Shown here: piece after piece, positions 38,548 to 50,740 of the stretch | Layout: every line of letters starts with the position of its first letter | Numbering within the stretch: the first letter of the stretch is position 1 | Assembly: GCA_046563655.1 (NCBI GenBank) | Contig: CM102288.1 | Coordinates: forward strand, 4,278,001 to 4,342,000 | Origin: Yuukianura sp. NJ FZ-2021 | Lineage: Eukaryota | DNA length: 64,000 nucleotides | Reading direction: 5' to 3' | Made by a program: the position numbers and the translations under genes | Notes under the pieces: model-generated | Seen by the model: only the letters and a program-made list of their open reading frames with translations | Database searches by the model: none | What the model was told of the DNA's origin: nothing

Positions 38548-40706
38548 ATTTGCGGAAATCCAGAACTGCACAATTTCAAAATAACGGAGGAAATGGAAGG
38601 TCAAAAGGTCACCAGTATTTCTACTACTTCCAAGCACAGCCGTATTCTCTACCACTGGAACAGCATAGTAATGCTGCCACTGGTGTAGACCACCGCCAAA
38701 AAGCTGAAATGACGCAACCTCTAAACTTTAACGCCAGAGAATTTCAGGCTAACAGTCAGAAACGCCACTATTGGTCAACATTTGACCAATCGGAGCCAGA
38801 AATACGCAGAGACCCGTTCCCATTGGTCCAGTCAAAATCTGCAAACAGCATGTTTGCCCAGTTTCAAAAGCACTGTCAACAACTGGAGGAGCAACAGCGT
38901 CAGGAACAAGCCGAGAATTCAAACGAAACGAAAACGTCCGAAAACGCGCCAAAAAGTGAACCGAACAAGGAAACTACTCCCCAACAACCCAACAACAATG
39001 GAAACGTAAAAGGGCGTGTCCGGTTTTTGGAGCAAAGTTGCAACGATCCACTGGATAGACAGATGGAGGCGCTAAAAATTGGAGGTAATTAAGCTCAAAA
39101 TTTGAAAATTTCTTTTTTTTAAAAACGTGATTTTTTTTTTCAAATTTTGATCTTTAGTGCTTCCCAACAGTGGACAGCCCAAATACGCTCCAGAAGTAGG
39201 ATTCAGGAAGTCTCATGAGCTGGTTAGATCCAAATCCATGATTCATCGGAATGCTCAGGTAGAGTGGTGTGCCGTTTCACCTCCATTTAACCGGAAACTG
39301 TGGGATGCATTTCATCCGCAGTACGCAGGTCCAGGACAGCCTCAAATCTGGACTCCTGATTGGCTCTCGCCTGGAAAAGCCCAACCGGCACAGGAAACCA
39401 AGAAAGTTTGGACTCCTGGCGGCGGAATCAAACGATCTAAAAGTTTTGGTTGCAAAACGGCTCAAGCGCAACCGTTGTTTCCAGTCAACAGTGGCACTGC
39501 AGTTGCTACTCCACTGATGACGCCCAACTGGGACGACTTTCAGTTGAGCAAATGGCCCAAGGGGGTAGTTGAACCAGTAACGATGGCTATAAACGGTAAG
39601 ATTTTTAAAAAAGAGAGCAAAGTTTAGTGACCTCTGGCTGACCTTGACTTGTCCAGGAGTGGAGAGAGTTCCGGCTAGACACAAGATTGACATGGTGACG
39701 CGCATGTTTGGAACAATGCTGGGCGACTACGAGTCAACTTTGACCTTGGGTCAAGAGGAACATAAAACTTTGAGTCAATTCATCCTTCCCGCCGTCAACA
39801 TCTTTCTCTATTTCATCCAAGTATGAATATTTCTTTAACACAGTTCTTTCGATGCCAATTGTACAGTAAGCTTAATCCAGTTAAATTTCATATTATAATA
39901 CTATATATATATAATTATACATTACTATATATTTAATTATTAGTTATTAACCTGTACTTCATTCGATACAATGTGAGCTTACTTTGTTTTAGAGAGAACC
40001 GGATGAAACCGTCCTGGAAAGTTTTTTGAACAATTCGCTCATGACCTACCAGAGTCTTTGCCAGGGGTCAAAGGTCAACTCCAAAAAGCTACCAAACGGG
40101 AACTCACCACTGTCCATCTTGTCAATGTCAACCACCTCAAAGTGGATAATATTTCTACAACTCTTGTCAACTTTCTACCAAAAGGTAAAAGTTCAAAAAT
40201 CAAAAATTCCAACATTTGGAAATTTTCAAAAAACCAAAGTCAAAATCTTTGACTTTTTAGACCAAAGTTATTCGCGGAAATCGGCAACGCTCAGTAGAAA
40301 AATTCGGGCATCGGATTTTATCTTTACTCTGCGACTCGGCCATCATCGTCATCCGACTTTCTCCGATTTCATACACAACGGAATTGGTGAGACATCATCA
40401 AAGGTCAAAGGTCAAAGTTTTATATTTTCCTTATTACAGGTTGACACGCTCTTTACCGTGATGACCTCGTTAGGTCGTGACATGGAAACAAAATTTCCGA
40501 TGAAATTGAAAGAAATTCTGGCTGGAGTGCGTGACGTTCTGCTTGGCGTTTCCGTTCCTGCGCAGAATGCACAAGATGGGCCCTCTGCGCAGGTCCATAA
40601 AACTTTAATGCAACTGATTGAACTTCACGCAGCCAATTGGCAACTTCCAGCCTCTGCCGTCCGCTACTACTACGCAAATCAGTCACAACCTGCCCAAGAA
40701 ACTTAA
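38548..40706 (+). CDS. MIF4G-domain protein, CTIF-like C-terminus, with a PAM2-like motif (start uncertain)
   Basis: Low-complexity N-terminal exons, then helical exons (FLNNSLMTYQ, WIIFLQLLSTFY, VDTLFTVMTSLGRDME). The C-terminal LMQLIELHAANWQLPASAVRYYY resembles the CTIF end (LLEVIELHANSW...YY). Confidence 0.6.
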
Positions 40707-41110
40707 ACTCATATTTCAAAATAGAATTTCAATCAAATTTGAAAATCAAATAAAAATTTCGAAAAAGAGGAAAACATTTATTTTTAGCATTTTCAATCAT
40801 AATCCATAATCTCTAAACCGGAAGTTCACTCTGATCCACTTTACCTTTGTTTCCTCAATTAAGACAAATAAAGGTCAAAGGTCAATGGAAAATGACAGAA
40901 TTTAGAAGAAAACGTAACTTGAGCAGCCATTAACTTTGCACTTCACGTATGAAGTCAAGAATGAAACTGAAAAAATACAATCTGAAAGTTTTTTTTTTTT
41001 TTTGAATTTTGAAAATATTTTGAAAAACTGTTTTGAGCATGTTTTGAAAACTAAAGCTACTTTCTTGGCACTGCTGCTTTTCGAAAGCTCGTCATTTTGA
41101 TGTGATGAAT

Positions 41111-43465
41111 TTAGAAACGAGTTTCATATTTGTATGTTTGGGTGGCACCACTTGTGACTGGCTCAGTCGTGGTGGAGTACGAATATGTTCCAGAGCCACC
41201 ACTAGGTGAAGCAGTTCGGAAGGACCCACCAAGGGAACTTCCAAGAGTCCCACCACCACCACCCGATTCTGTTGCTGCAAAAGCTGAGCCACCACCGGAA
41301 GAGGAGTAACTGTAGCCTCCACCCATTCCAGATCCACCTCCAATTCCACCGCTCTGAGTGGAGTAGCTCATGCTACCACCACCTCCACCTCCTCCGAGGC
41401 TAATTCCTCCTCCACCTCCTCCGAGACTCATTCCTCCTCCACCACCACTGCTTTGCTGTGTGTAGCTAATGCTACCTCCACCTCCGCCTCCTCCGAGACT
41501 CATTCCTCCTCCACCTCCTCCTAGACTAATCCCACCACCACCACCACTGCTTTGCTGTGTGTAGCTAATGCTACCACCACCACCTCCAACGCTCATGCCA
41601 GATCCACCACCGCTTTGGTGGGTCGCAAAACTAAGGTCACCGCCTCCTCCTCCTCCTCCTCCAACTGTTTGCATAGTGTAGCTGATGCCACCACCTCCAC
41701 CTCCTCCTGTTGTGTAGTACTCCGGTGTTGTTTCAGTAATCGTTCGCGTGGTTTTTTTGATTTCAAATGTCGGTGTAATCTGCGCCTCCAAAGCCAGTTT
41801 CATGCGTTCCTCATGCTGTTCCAGCATTCGTGCCAATCTGTTAGTGTGACAAATTAATAGTTTTAATCAATTAACTGTTGATTAATAGTTAAGTGTCAAC
41901 TAACTACAATTAATGCATTTGAGTGCTAACTAACTACAATTATTAATGTATGTTTATAAAGTTAGGTAGTTTTAAAAGTCCAGCGCAAGTGCAGAAGGTT
42001 TAGTGTGAGGTTACGTACGAGAGTTTTTGAAACGTTAAAAAATGTTCGATAACAGCTCCAAATTTGTACTCTTTATTTGTCAGACGTTGGTCAGTAAATC
42101 GCTGAAAAGTTGATGAGGTATGAAATTTTTTGAAATTCATAACTGAAAAATTCAAAATTTCAAAAAACGTTTGTAACTTGAACAAATCTGTATTTGGCTA
42201 ACCTCTCTTCTTCGGACTCCAGTAGACTTCTGTATGTTGCAATTTCGTTGTCCAATCCAACCTTGATTTCCATCAGCTGTTGATAGTCTGTCAGAAGCTG
42301 GAAGCGTTCCGCTTGCATGCTACGAATCAGCTCTTCGAGTCTCGTGCGTTCAGCAGCAAACGCTGACTTGTCACCAGCCCATCCAAGTTCCATATCTCTC
42401 AATTGTTCTTCCAAGTGAGACTTCTCGGACGTAAGCAAAGCCAACTTCTTCTCCAAACTTGACAACTTCAGAGTCAGACTTGACATGTCACCACCTTGAC
42501 CTTCCAGGCTGACCCGGAGTCTTGAAATTTCCGACTGAAGTGCCTGTTGTTTCTTGGTGTAAAGTTGTTCCTGTTCTTCCCGGTGACTGTACAGTTGAAG
42601 TTCACAGTCAGCACGGAGTTGGCGAATAGCGTCGGCCAATCGAGCATCGTACTCCAGTTTCAGTTGTCCAGTGACTTGCTGTGTCTCTTCACCCCGACTG
42701 ATCATCAGTTCAGAAAATTGTTGCTGATGAACTTGCATCTTCATCTGAACTTCATCTTCCTTCTGACGGAGTTGATGTTCCAGGTCAACTTTATTGATGG
42801 CCTCAACTTCATACATGTTTTGAACTTCTTCGAATTCCTTCGTGACCTTGGTCAGCCTCTCTTGAAGTTCAGTTTTTTCGCGGGAAAGTTTTTGACGATC
42901 GTCATCCCGACCTTTGATGTCCATCGTGAGGCTGGCAATTCTGGCTTGGAGCGTTTTGATCGTTCGGTTCAAGTTTGCCACTTCGTCCTCCGTCGTTCGA
43001 AGCCTAAAGCATAGAAAAGTGTTTAGAAAATTTTTGAAAACCGATTTGTAAAAAGTTTCAAAATTTTTTACCTCTCAAGAATTGTGTTGTACTCAGTTTG
43101 AAGTTTCTTGAACTGCATCTCGAGTCGGACTTTGTCCTTTTGCGTATCTTGCAACGTTAAACGGAGTGTGCTCGTCTCTTCCTCAAACGTCTTCGTCAGC
43201 TCATTTGTGATCAGCGTCAACTTGACGTTGGCGTCCCGCAACTAAAAAATTCCAAAAAGTTGACAGATCAGATGATTCATCAGAGATTTCAAGAATTGTG
43301 ACGGTTGACCTCTGACCTGAGCTTGCAAAAGTGAATTTTCCTGTTCCAGTTGTCTGTTGCGTGATAGAATTGAAGCGAGTCGGTCGTTGAGCGAAACGAG
43401 TGCATTCTTTTCGTCAATTCGAGAAAGCGAAATGAGACGCGTCGTTGGCGACATTGGGCGTTCAT
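41111..43465 (-). CDS. Lamin-derived intermediate filament protein with a Gly/Ser/Tyr-rich tail (no lamin tail domain, NLS or CaaX)
   Basis: Exons 43465-43317, 43241-43072, 43003-42203 and 41837-41111 splice in frame. Coil 1A: MSPTTRLISLSRIDEKNALVSLNDRLASILSRNRQLEQEN. Coil 2 end: YQQLMEIKVGLDNEIATYRSLLESEEERL. Poly-Gly tail ending YKYETRF*. Confidence 0.9.
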
Positions 43466-44748
43466 CTGTAACCAAGATTTAATAAAATATGTATTACATC
43501 AAATACATTTTATTGTTTAATGTAATGATACAGTAATGTATTTTTATGCATTTCATGTTGTATTCGCAACTTCTACAGTGACTATTCCAAAAATACCTTG
43601 CAGAACTATCCCTTAACTGTTTTAATATTTTAGTTTCTCCTATAGCCAAAACATAAAATTTTTTGAATGGCATAAAAATTGCAAAGTAGGAAATTGGCAA
43701 TTAGCCATTGAGCAAACTGCGTATATGAAAAGGTCCAATTTCAAATTAAAATTGTAAACAGCAATTATTTCGCAAGAAAGAAGAATTCGCGAATTTTGAA
43801 CAGCAAAAAATTCGCGAATTCCCGGTGACCTTTAAACCAGAAACATTTTATGTAAATGTTTTTGCACTCCTCTTACACGCTTCTCCTCTCTTCCTTCATC
43901 TTCATCCTTCAATCTTGTTTTTGCCAAAAACAGACGAAAGTCAACTTTTCTTTGCAATTTTTTCTTCTCAGTTTTGAAAAATCTCTTTCTAAAAACAAGA
44001 ATGAAGATGAGTTTACTATTTATGCCCCATCTTTCTTGTGTAACCAACCGGATCATCAACCACTTAGCCTCTCCAGTGTCCACGGTCACCCTCAGTGTCC
44101 GTAGACATAAACATCTATCTACTGTACTACAATGTATGACAATGGACACCGAATTAATTGAATTCAGTTAGTGTGTCCACCGGTTGACCTTCGTTTTGTT
44201 GTTGTCACGGAACACAACTTTACAACAATTTGGACAACTTGTCCAGGCCAAGTCGTCGCCTAAGGCTAGGCTCGTTGGCCTTGAATTGGCCCAATTATTT
44301 ATCCAATTTTTGCAACTTTGGTTGAATTCAAAGTGGCAGAGTTGAACTTTTATGCAAATGGTTGCAAATGAAAGTGACAATAAAGAATTTGGCAAACTGG
44401 CAAAAATGGGTACTACCCTAATTTCCATAGCGGTTTTTCTTGATTTTTTAAATATAACTTTATCACTTTACATGAGTGTTTTTGAAAATTTTGAAATTGA
44501 ATTTTGATTTTAGACATAAAAACAAACTGGTTTGCTTTTTTTTTTCGCAAATTCCCAAATTTTTCTGAATTCCTGGACCTTGATTTGCAAATGATTCACG
44601 CCAATTGAATCAAAGTAAAAATTGTGTTGCCGAAGTTTTAAAAAATCTTAGGTTAAAAGAGGTTTCTGATGGCTTTTTTTGCTCAACGATGGATTTTTGA
44701 AAACTATTCGTATGTGTTTTTTTTTCAAAATTTTAAAAAGTTCCTCAC

Positions 44749-46555
44749 CTAAGATGGGACTGGAGATGGAGAATTTTGAACTGACGGAAGTGCTGTTTCC
44801 GGTAGTCGAGATGTCGCCGTTGCTAAGTCCGAGTGTTAGGTTAGGGTGAGATTTATTTGGATCGTTCGTAGTGTAGTGAATTTCCCGCGTAATTTGTTGT
44901 GGTTCGTTCGTAGTGTAGTGAGTTTCCCGCGTCATTTGTTGTGGTTCGGTCGTATAGTGAATTTCCCGTGTAATTTGTTGTGGTTCTTGTTGTTGAGACC
45001 GTACTTGATTCTCAATCCATTGATTCAGCTGGCCATCTTGTCTGAGTCTGTTGAGGTCGTCCATGGAAATGTTCAAGCGTTGTCCAGTACTCGTGGTCAG
45101 CAAAACCGGTTGGTTTCCGGTGAAACTGTTGCTGTGCTGAACATTTTTTCCGGTAATCGTTTCAGTGATTTGAATCGGTTGTTGACCGCCAGTCGAAGAG
45201 CTGATGATAGTACCGTGTTGATGTGTCGGTTGGCCACCGCCAGTCGTGTTGATGATTACCGTTTCTTGTGTCTGAGTCGTCGGTTTGCCAATGATAGTCG
45301 TACCGGTGATTACATTGCCCTGAGCCAGCTGAGCACCGGTCAGCTGACCTCCATCAGCTGAACTGATGATTACCGTTTCGTGTCCACTTCCGCCACCCTG
45401 GAGACTGATTTGACCACCACCTCCAGATTGCATTGAGATTTGACCACCTCCAGATTGCATTGAGATTTGACCACCTCCACCTCCTTGTTGAGATGTAGTA
45501 GTAGTGAAGCTTCCAGTACCACCGCTACGCTGAATTCCAATCTGAGAATCAATAGTTGGCATTGTACGACTCGGCTTGACCACTTCACCCGATCCGGAAG
45601 TTGACGAACTAATTGTAATCTGACCTCCAGCTGATCCTGATCTTGGCTGTTCCTGGTTACGAGCGTCCTTGGTTTCGAATGTTAACTGACCCGACGGGTT
45701 TAAGTCCTTGAGGTCACGTGACTTTGTTGTCATGTCTTGTCCACCTTCCTTTCCCTCTGGATGTTCAAGTACTTTTAAATCCTTGAGTTGATGTTGTCGC
45801 TCTGGATGCTCAAGCTCCTTTGGTTCCTTTTGCTCAAGTTCTCGCAGTTTTGTGTCGGGATGCTCAAGGTGTTTGAGATCATGGAGCTCATGGACACGAT
45901 GCAGTCCATCAGGATGTTCGAGTGGTTTCACGTCTTTGAGGTCACGCGGTTTGGGTTCCGGATGGTCCAACTGCCTAAGTTCGTGCGGTTTGTGATCGGG
46001 ATGGTCCAATTCTCGCAATTCGTGCGTTTTGGGCTCAGGATGGTCTAACTGCCGGAGTTCGTGCGTTTTGGGCTCGGGATGTTCCAAATGCCGGAGTTCG
46101 TGCGTTTTGGGCTCTGGATGGTCCAACTTCCGGAGTTCGTGCGTTTTGGGCTCGGGACGGTCCAACTCTTTGAGGTGCGAAGCTTCATGGGCAGTGTGTC
46201 CAGGACGTTCGAGATGTTTCAACTCGTGTTTCGGCGAGTTCGAGCCGAAACCCAAACCGATTTTTGGTGCTCCAATGCCCACACCAACGTGTGGAGAATG
46301 TCGGCCAGCAACACCTGAAACGTCACCCGCTATCTCACCTGCTGCTGCTGCCGTAGCATCTCCTGCCGCCTTTGTATCAACACTGGCGCCTGCACTAAGT
46401 CCACCGGTTCCAACTTCACCTTCTCCTCCACCGACAGCGATTCCACCGGAAATGCCAGTCCCACCAGCAGTGGCTCCAGCGCTAACTTCAAGCCCTGCCT
46501 TCTTCGCTTCTTGCTCTTTCTTCTTTTCCGTCGAACCTCGAAAAATCTTCTTCAT
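44749..46555 (-). CDS. Large low-complexity, repeat-rich exon; probable extended head of the IF protein
   Basis: ~602 uninterrupted codons from the ATG at 46555 (MKKIFRGS...) to a phase-1 donor TTA G|GTGAG at 44749/44748. This phase matches the acceptor of the first rod exon at 43465. Confidence 0.65.
45935..46180 (-). repeat. Coding 39-bp (13-aa) His-rich repeats, KTHELRxLDHPEP
   Basis: About five well-conserved units plus degenerate flanking copies, visible in both DNA (GAGTTCGTGCGTTTTGGGCTC on +) and protein. Confidence 0.9.
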
Positions 46556-47619
46556 CACGACGATCCCCCTTGTAAGGTAAAGTTAAGGTCACCACTGGCG
46601 GGTCAAAGGTCACTGACCTGTAAATAAAGTAATCTTTTAGAAAAGTTCTCATTTTTGTTTAAATTAGGACTTCCATCGTGCTACTCCTCCGAATTCCAAA
46701 GCATCAAAATCTAGCAAAAAGTGTCGAAATTTTGGAGAAAAGAAATAGAAAAAAGTTATTTATTACCGATTTAAGAATTGGAAGATTGAGTTTGGATTTT
46801 TCTTTCGAAAACTTCAGAACACTTCAAATCGCGTCTTCCTTTTAAACGAGAAACTTTTAACACGCCTTTTGCGGAGGTAAGGACTGTGTGGTGACTGATC
46901 CACCTTCGCTCAGCGATTGGCGTGAATTTGTTCCTTGCCTTGGAACTTTATCGTTCAAATTGTATAATGTCTTCGTCAATTCAACTAGTTTTTGGTTGAT
47001 TTGAATTATTAAGGAGTGTTGGTAGGTAAAAGTGAAGGGAATGTGAAGATTCCACTTTTTCACTTAAAAAAGAACGAAAAGTTGTTTGGCTAGTTTTAAT
47101 TTCAGAAAGTAGTTGTGACCAAGCGTGTACCTCTCTACACATGACATATCACTCACTTTTGCCTTCACTTTTTTGGATTTTGTGGACAAGGACGTCAACA
47201 AATGAGGCTTTTTGCAAGTTAGCATTCGTTTTGATCAACAAAAATTTGGATGCACACGCTACAGGCTTTGAGTAATTCCACTTGTTCTTCTGTGAATTCT
47301 TAATTTTCTGCAAGGATTTGTCTTTAAATCACAATGAATTTTACACACCTATATCTAATGACTGCCTGATTTATTCTATTCTTCTGTGTTGTTTAATTTA
47401 TTCCTACTGTTCCACATTCCTTGGAGTGTCACTCATCATTTTAAGGCCGCCATACTTTCCAGTTTGGTTTAACTCAAACTTGCAAATATTGGCACAGAAT
47501 TTCAAAAAAGAGAAAAAAATAAGAGAGAAAAATAAAAATAAGCAAACTTGCAAATTTTAGCACAGAATTCCAAAAAAGAGAGAGTAAAAAAATATAGTTT
47601 TGAGAAAAATCAAAGCCAA

Positions 47620-47895
47620 TCCGGAGATATACTCACCGCCGCCATTTTCTCTTTGTTTCTTTTGTGAAAGTACAGCCAATAGATGGTGCTAAAAAGTGAT
47701 TTTTTTTTCGCGTTTTTGGAAACCAAAATTCTCATTGTCATCATTTTCTCTTTGTCTCTCTTTTGTTAAAAGTACATCCAATAGATGGCGCTGACAAGTT
47801 TGTTTCTCCCGGAGACATTAGCATTCTTTCCGTCGCCATTTCTTCTTTGTTTCTCTTCTGTTAAAAATGAAGCCAATAGATGGCGCTACAAAGTA
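47620..47895. repeat. Three diverged ~95-100 bp direct repeats, each with CCAATAGATGGYGCT
   Basis: The unit CATTTTCTCTTTGT...AAAGTACA.CCAATAGATGG(T/C)GCT recurs, with motif starts at 47676, 47778 and 47873. Confidence 0.8.
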
Positions 47896-48888
47896 AGCAA
47901 CAACCAGAGAGATTTGTTTTATTGCTTTCCCGGAATCCGAAATGATTTGAAACTTTCAAATTGAAAGTGGATTTAATATTGAAATTGAGTTTTCTTTCAC
48001 CAATTATCACCGACTAATTGACAATTAAGTTTCACAGTTTGTGATTGCGCTGTATTCTAGTATTAGTTGTAGACTGGCATTTTTGATTTACTTCATGTAA
48101 CATTCAATTTAATCGTTGGGTAATACAGAAGTAACTGAATCATTGTCGCCATCCGAATGCAATTAGTGACTCGGATTTCAATGCTTTTGTTTCTCTTTAA
48201 TTGACAGGATATTGGGTTGCAGAGAAGACTTACTAATTGACACTTTAAGTAAAGGGAAGCGACGATTCCTTGCAAAAGCCAGCCGACGGAAGGAAGCATG
48301 TCACCGACACCTACGTAAATCCATAAGTCGTATCATGGAGGCTGGAGCTGGAAGCCCTATAATTTTCACCTGTCAATCTGGAGAAGCCTTGTCTCTTTCA
48401 TCCATTTTATACTGTCATATTTCCAGCATTTTGGATTGGATAAAAACATGATTATAGGTAGGACAGGAACTGTTGTTCCACTTTTGCACAATACGATGGA
48501 AGATTGATCCACTTCCATCCAAAGGGAGACGCCGAGTAATTCAATTAGAGAGTTTCCATTTCCAGAGTTTCCGGACTACTTGTGCTGGAAATCAAGTTGG
48601 ACTTGATTATGGATTTGACTATACCCGACTCAAACTGAAGAACTGGATGTATCCGGGAGTATTGATACTGATAATGGATCGGTACTGGAAGAGACAACGA
48701 CGGGAACGTCAATTTTCGTTTTTGGAATTGTGACATGACATGACTAACAGTTGACATGAGACAGAAGAAGAGGTATTGGTATTCATGTAAAAAAAAATAC
48801 CGGGTTTTTAGTAATAAATCAAAATTACCTTATTTCCCTTTGCCATACCGTTCCATGCCATTGATTAGAATGAATTCCTTCGAAGGAA

Positions 48889-49153
48889 ATTGCTCCGAAT
48901 GAATTGCCGCGAAATCAATTTCTCCGAGCGGTTACTCCGAAAGGCAGGTTACGTAAATTTGCTAACCTTGTGACATAACTCAACCGACTGCAATCTTATG
49001 ATTGTTAGCATAGTCAAACCTAACTTTATGATTTATAATCTAACCAACTTTACTCTGTTCACATTGATACAAGTTTATTCAGTTTCGGGGTAATTGGTAT
49101 TGTGTTAATTCATTCGACGCAATGCGATTTAGGATTTATTCATTCGGAGCAAT
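48889..49153. mobile_element. MITE-like element with inverted termini
   Basis: Perfect 16-bp inverted repeat: ATTGCTCCGAATGAAT (48889-48904) and ATTCATTCGGAGCAAT (49138-49153). An inner imperfect pair TTACTCCGAAA / TTTCGGGGTAA encloses a non-coding AT-rich core. Confidence 0.55.
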
Positions 49154-50740
49154 GATGTGTGCATTATGGCTTGTTTCAATTACTTTCTACTAAAAGTATT
49201 ACTCTTAACAACATCAGTTTCTATGTTCTAGGACACCGGATGTCACATGCGGAAGCCACAGGAATAGCAGGAACACACCAGGAAACATTCACTTTATTTC
49301 GATTCCAATCAGTACGACTTGTCGATTTCCGTTCGTTTAGAAAAAAATGTTCTCATGTGGTAACACAATACTCAAAACCACAAAATTTTTGAAACCCAAA
49401 CCAATTTTGCCAAATATTTGTGATGCATCTTAGAAATTGAAATTCGACAAGACCTGACCACCGCCCTTCAATCTTAAAAACAAAAATTTTGATTACAATC
49501 GGACCGTATTTCGATTTTAATCAAATGATTAGAAAAGCAAACAACTTCAACAAGGAGAAAATCGAACACACACGTTTAGTGAAAGTGAAAGCGAATGACT
49601 CCAGCTTTCTAATTTCGAAGTCTCTCAAGTCCATACCCGATTGTGCACACAAAAACGAACTTTTCCATCAGAAAACTCTCGGATTTGTGTTATATCTTTC
49701 CAGAATCGCTCTTGTCGTATGCCTTTTCGTTACCATTGACACTAGTACTCACAGGAAGCACTCTGTAATGGCTACCGCACCTCGTTCATGAAGTCAATGA
49801 CACGGCACGTGCCCTGTGTGGGAGTCTAAGAAGACTAAAAAGTGTGTCATGACCTCTTGACCTCTGCTTTTCAATCGCCGTTTTTAATTATGAATCTGCT
49901 CAACTGCTTCTTCCAGAAGTTTGGATTAAACTTTGATTTTTTGCAGTTTCTGGACTTCTAAAACAGAACCTTATCGGACGAAATGGAAAACAAAAGTGTC
50001 TTTTTTGGCAGAAGCGGATTAGAAACAGAGAAGACCAAAGTGTATTGACCCAAACCAGAAGTCCATCGTCAGCAAAAGTGCAAAGTAGAAGTCATGCGTT
50101 GGTGTTTGTTAATACACCAAAGTCGTTTCCAAACATTTCCAATAATCGAATTTGGCTCTGTTTTTCGAAAACCCGAACTTTTTCAAAGTCTTGTTCTCTT
50201 TCCCTAATGAAATTGTAACCAAATCCAATTTTCCTAGTCTACAATCACTCCCAATGTAGTAATTGCATTCTGTTGTTTTGTATCAGTAGGTGCCTAAACA
50301 CAAATGGAAAACAGAAGCGTCAACACCAAAATCGTCAAGTTGGAAGTCCAGCAGGTCCTAAAGTTCACTTTGTCCATTCAATAGGAACTGCTAAGCTTTT
50401 AGACAGTCGATATCTGAAGTGGACCTCCTGGAAGGACTCCTCAACTTCATCTGCAGAAAGCCAAGCCTAAAAAACTTTGGAGGGAGAGCTCCACTTCATC
50501 GTCGTTTTTAGCAAAGAGGGTTTGAAGTTTGGGAGGAAAAAGGACAGGAGTGTGTTGGCAATTCGCAAACTCCTTCCTGGAGCAGCACACAACTTAACAA
50601 CAGAAACATCTTCATCCGGTGGTAGAAGCAGCAGCGGTGTGTCACAGGTTATTGTCACTTTCATGGTCATTCGAACTACATGTGTCGTCGTAACAACTCT
50701 GAAGACGCTCCACAGTTCTACAACAACACAACGCTGTTTT

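Noticed and set aside
41111..43465. Calling the IF gene an ordinary nuclear lamin, or a vertebrate keratin contaminant
   Set aside because: It has no Ig-fold, NLS or CaaX, so it is not a canonical lamin. The rod is lamin-type (long coil 1B) and the introns match the host style, so it is not a keratin contaminant.
44846..46580. Plus-strand ORFs of 171 and 183 aa opposite the IF head exon
   Set aside because: They are antisense shadows of a repetitive coding exon.
48200..48770. Short ORFs resembling a decayed gene or transposon
   Set aside because: No recognisable domain and no consistent splice structure.
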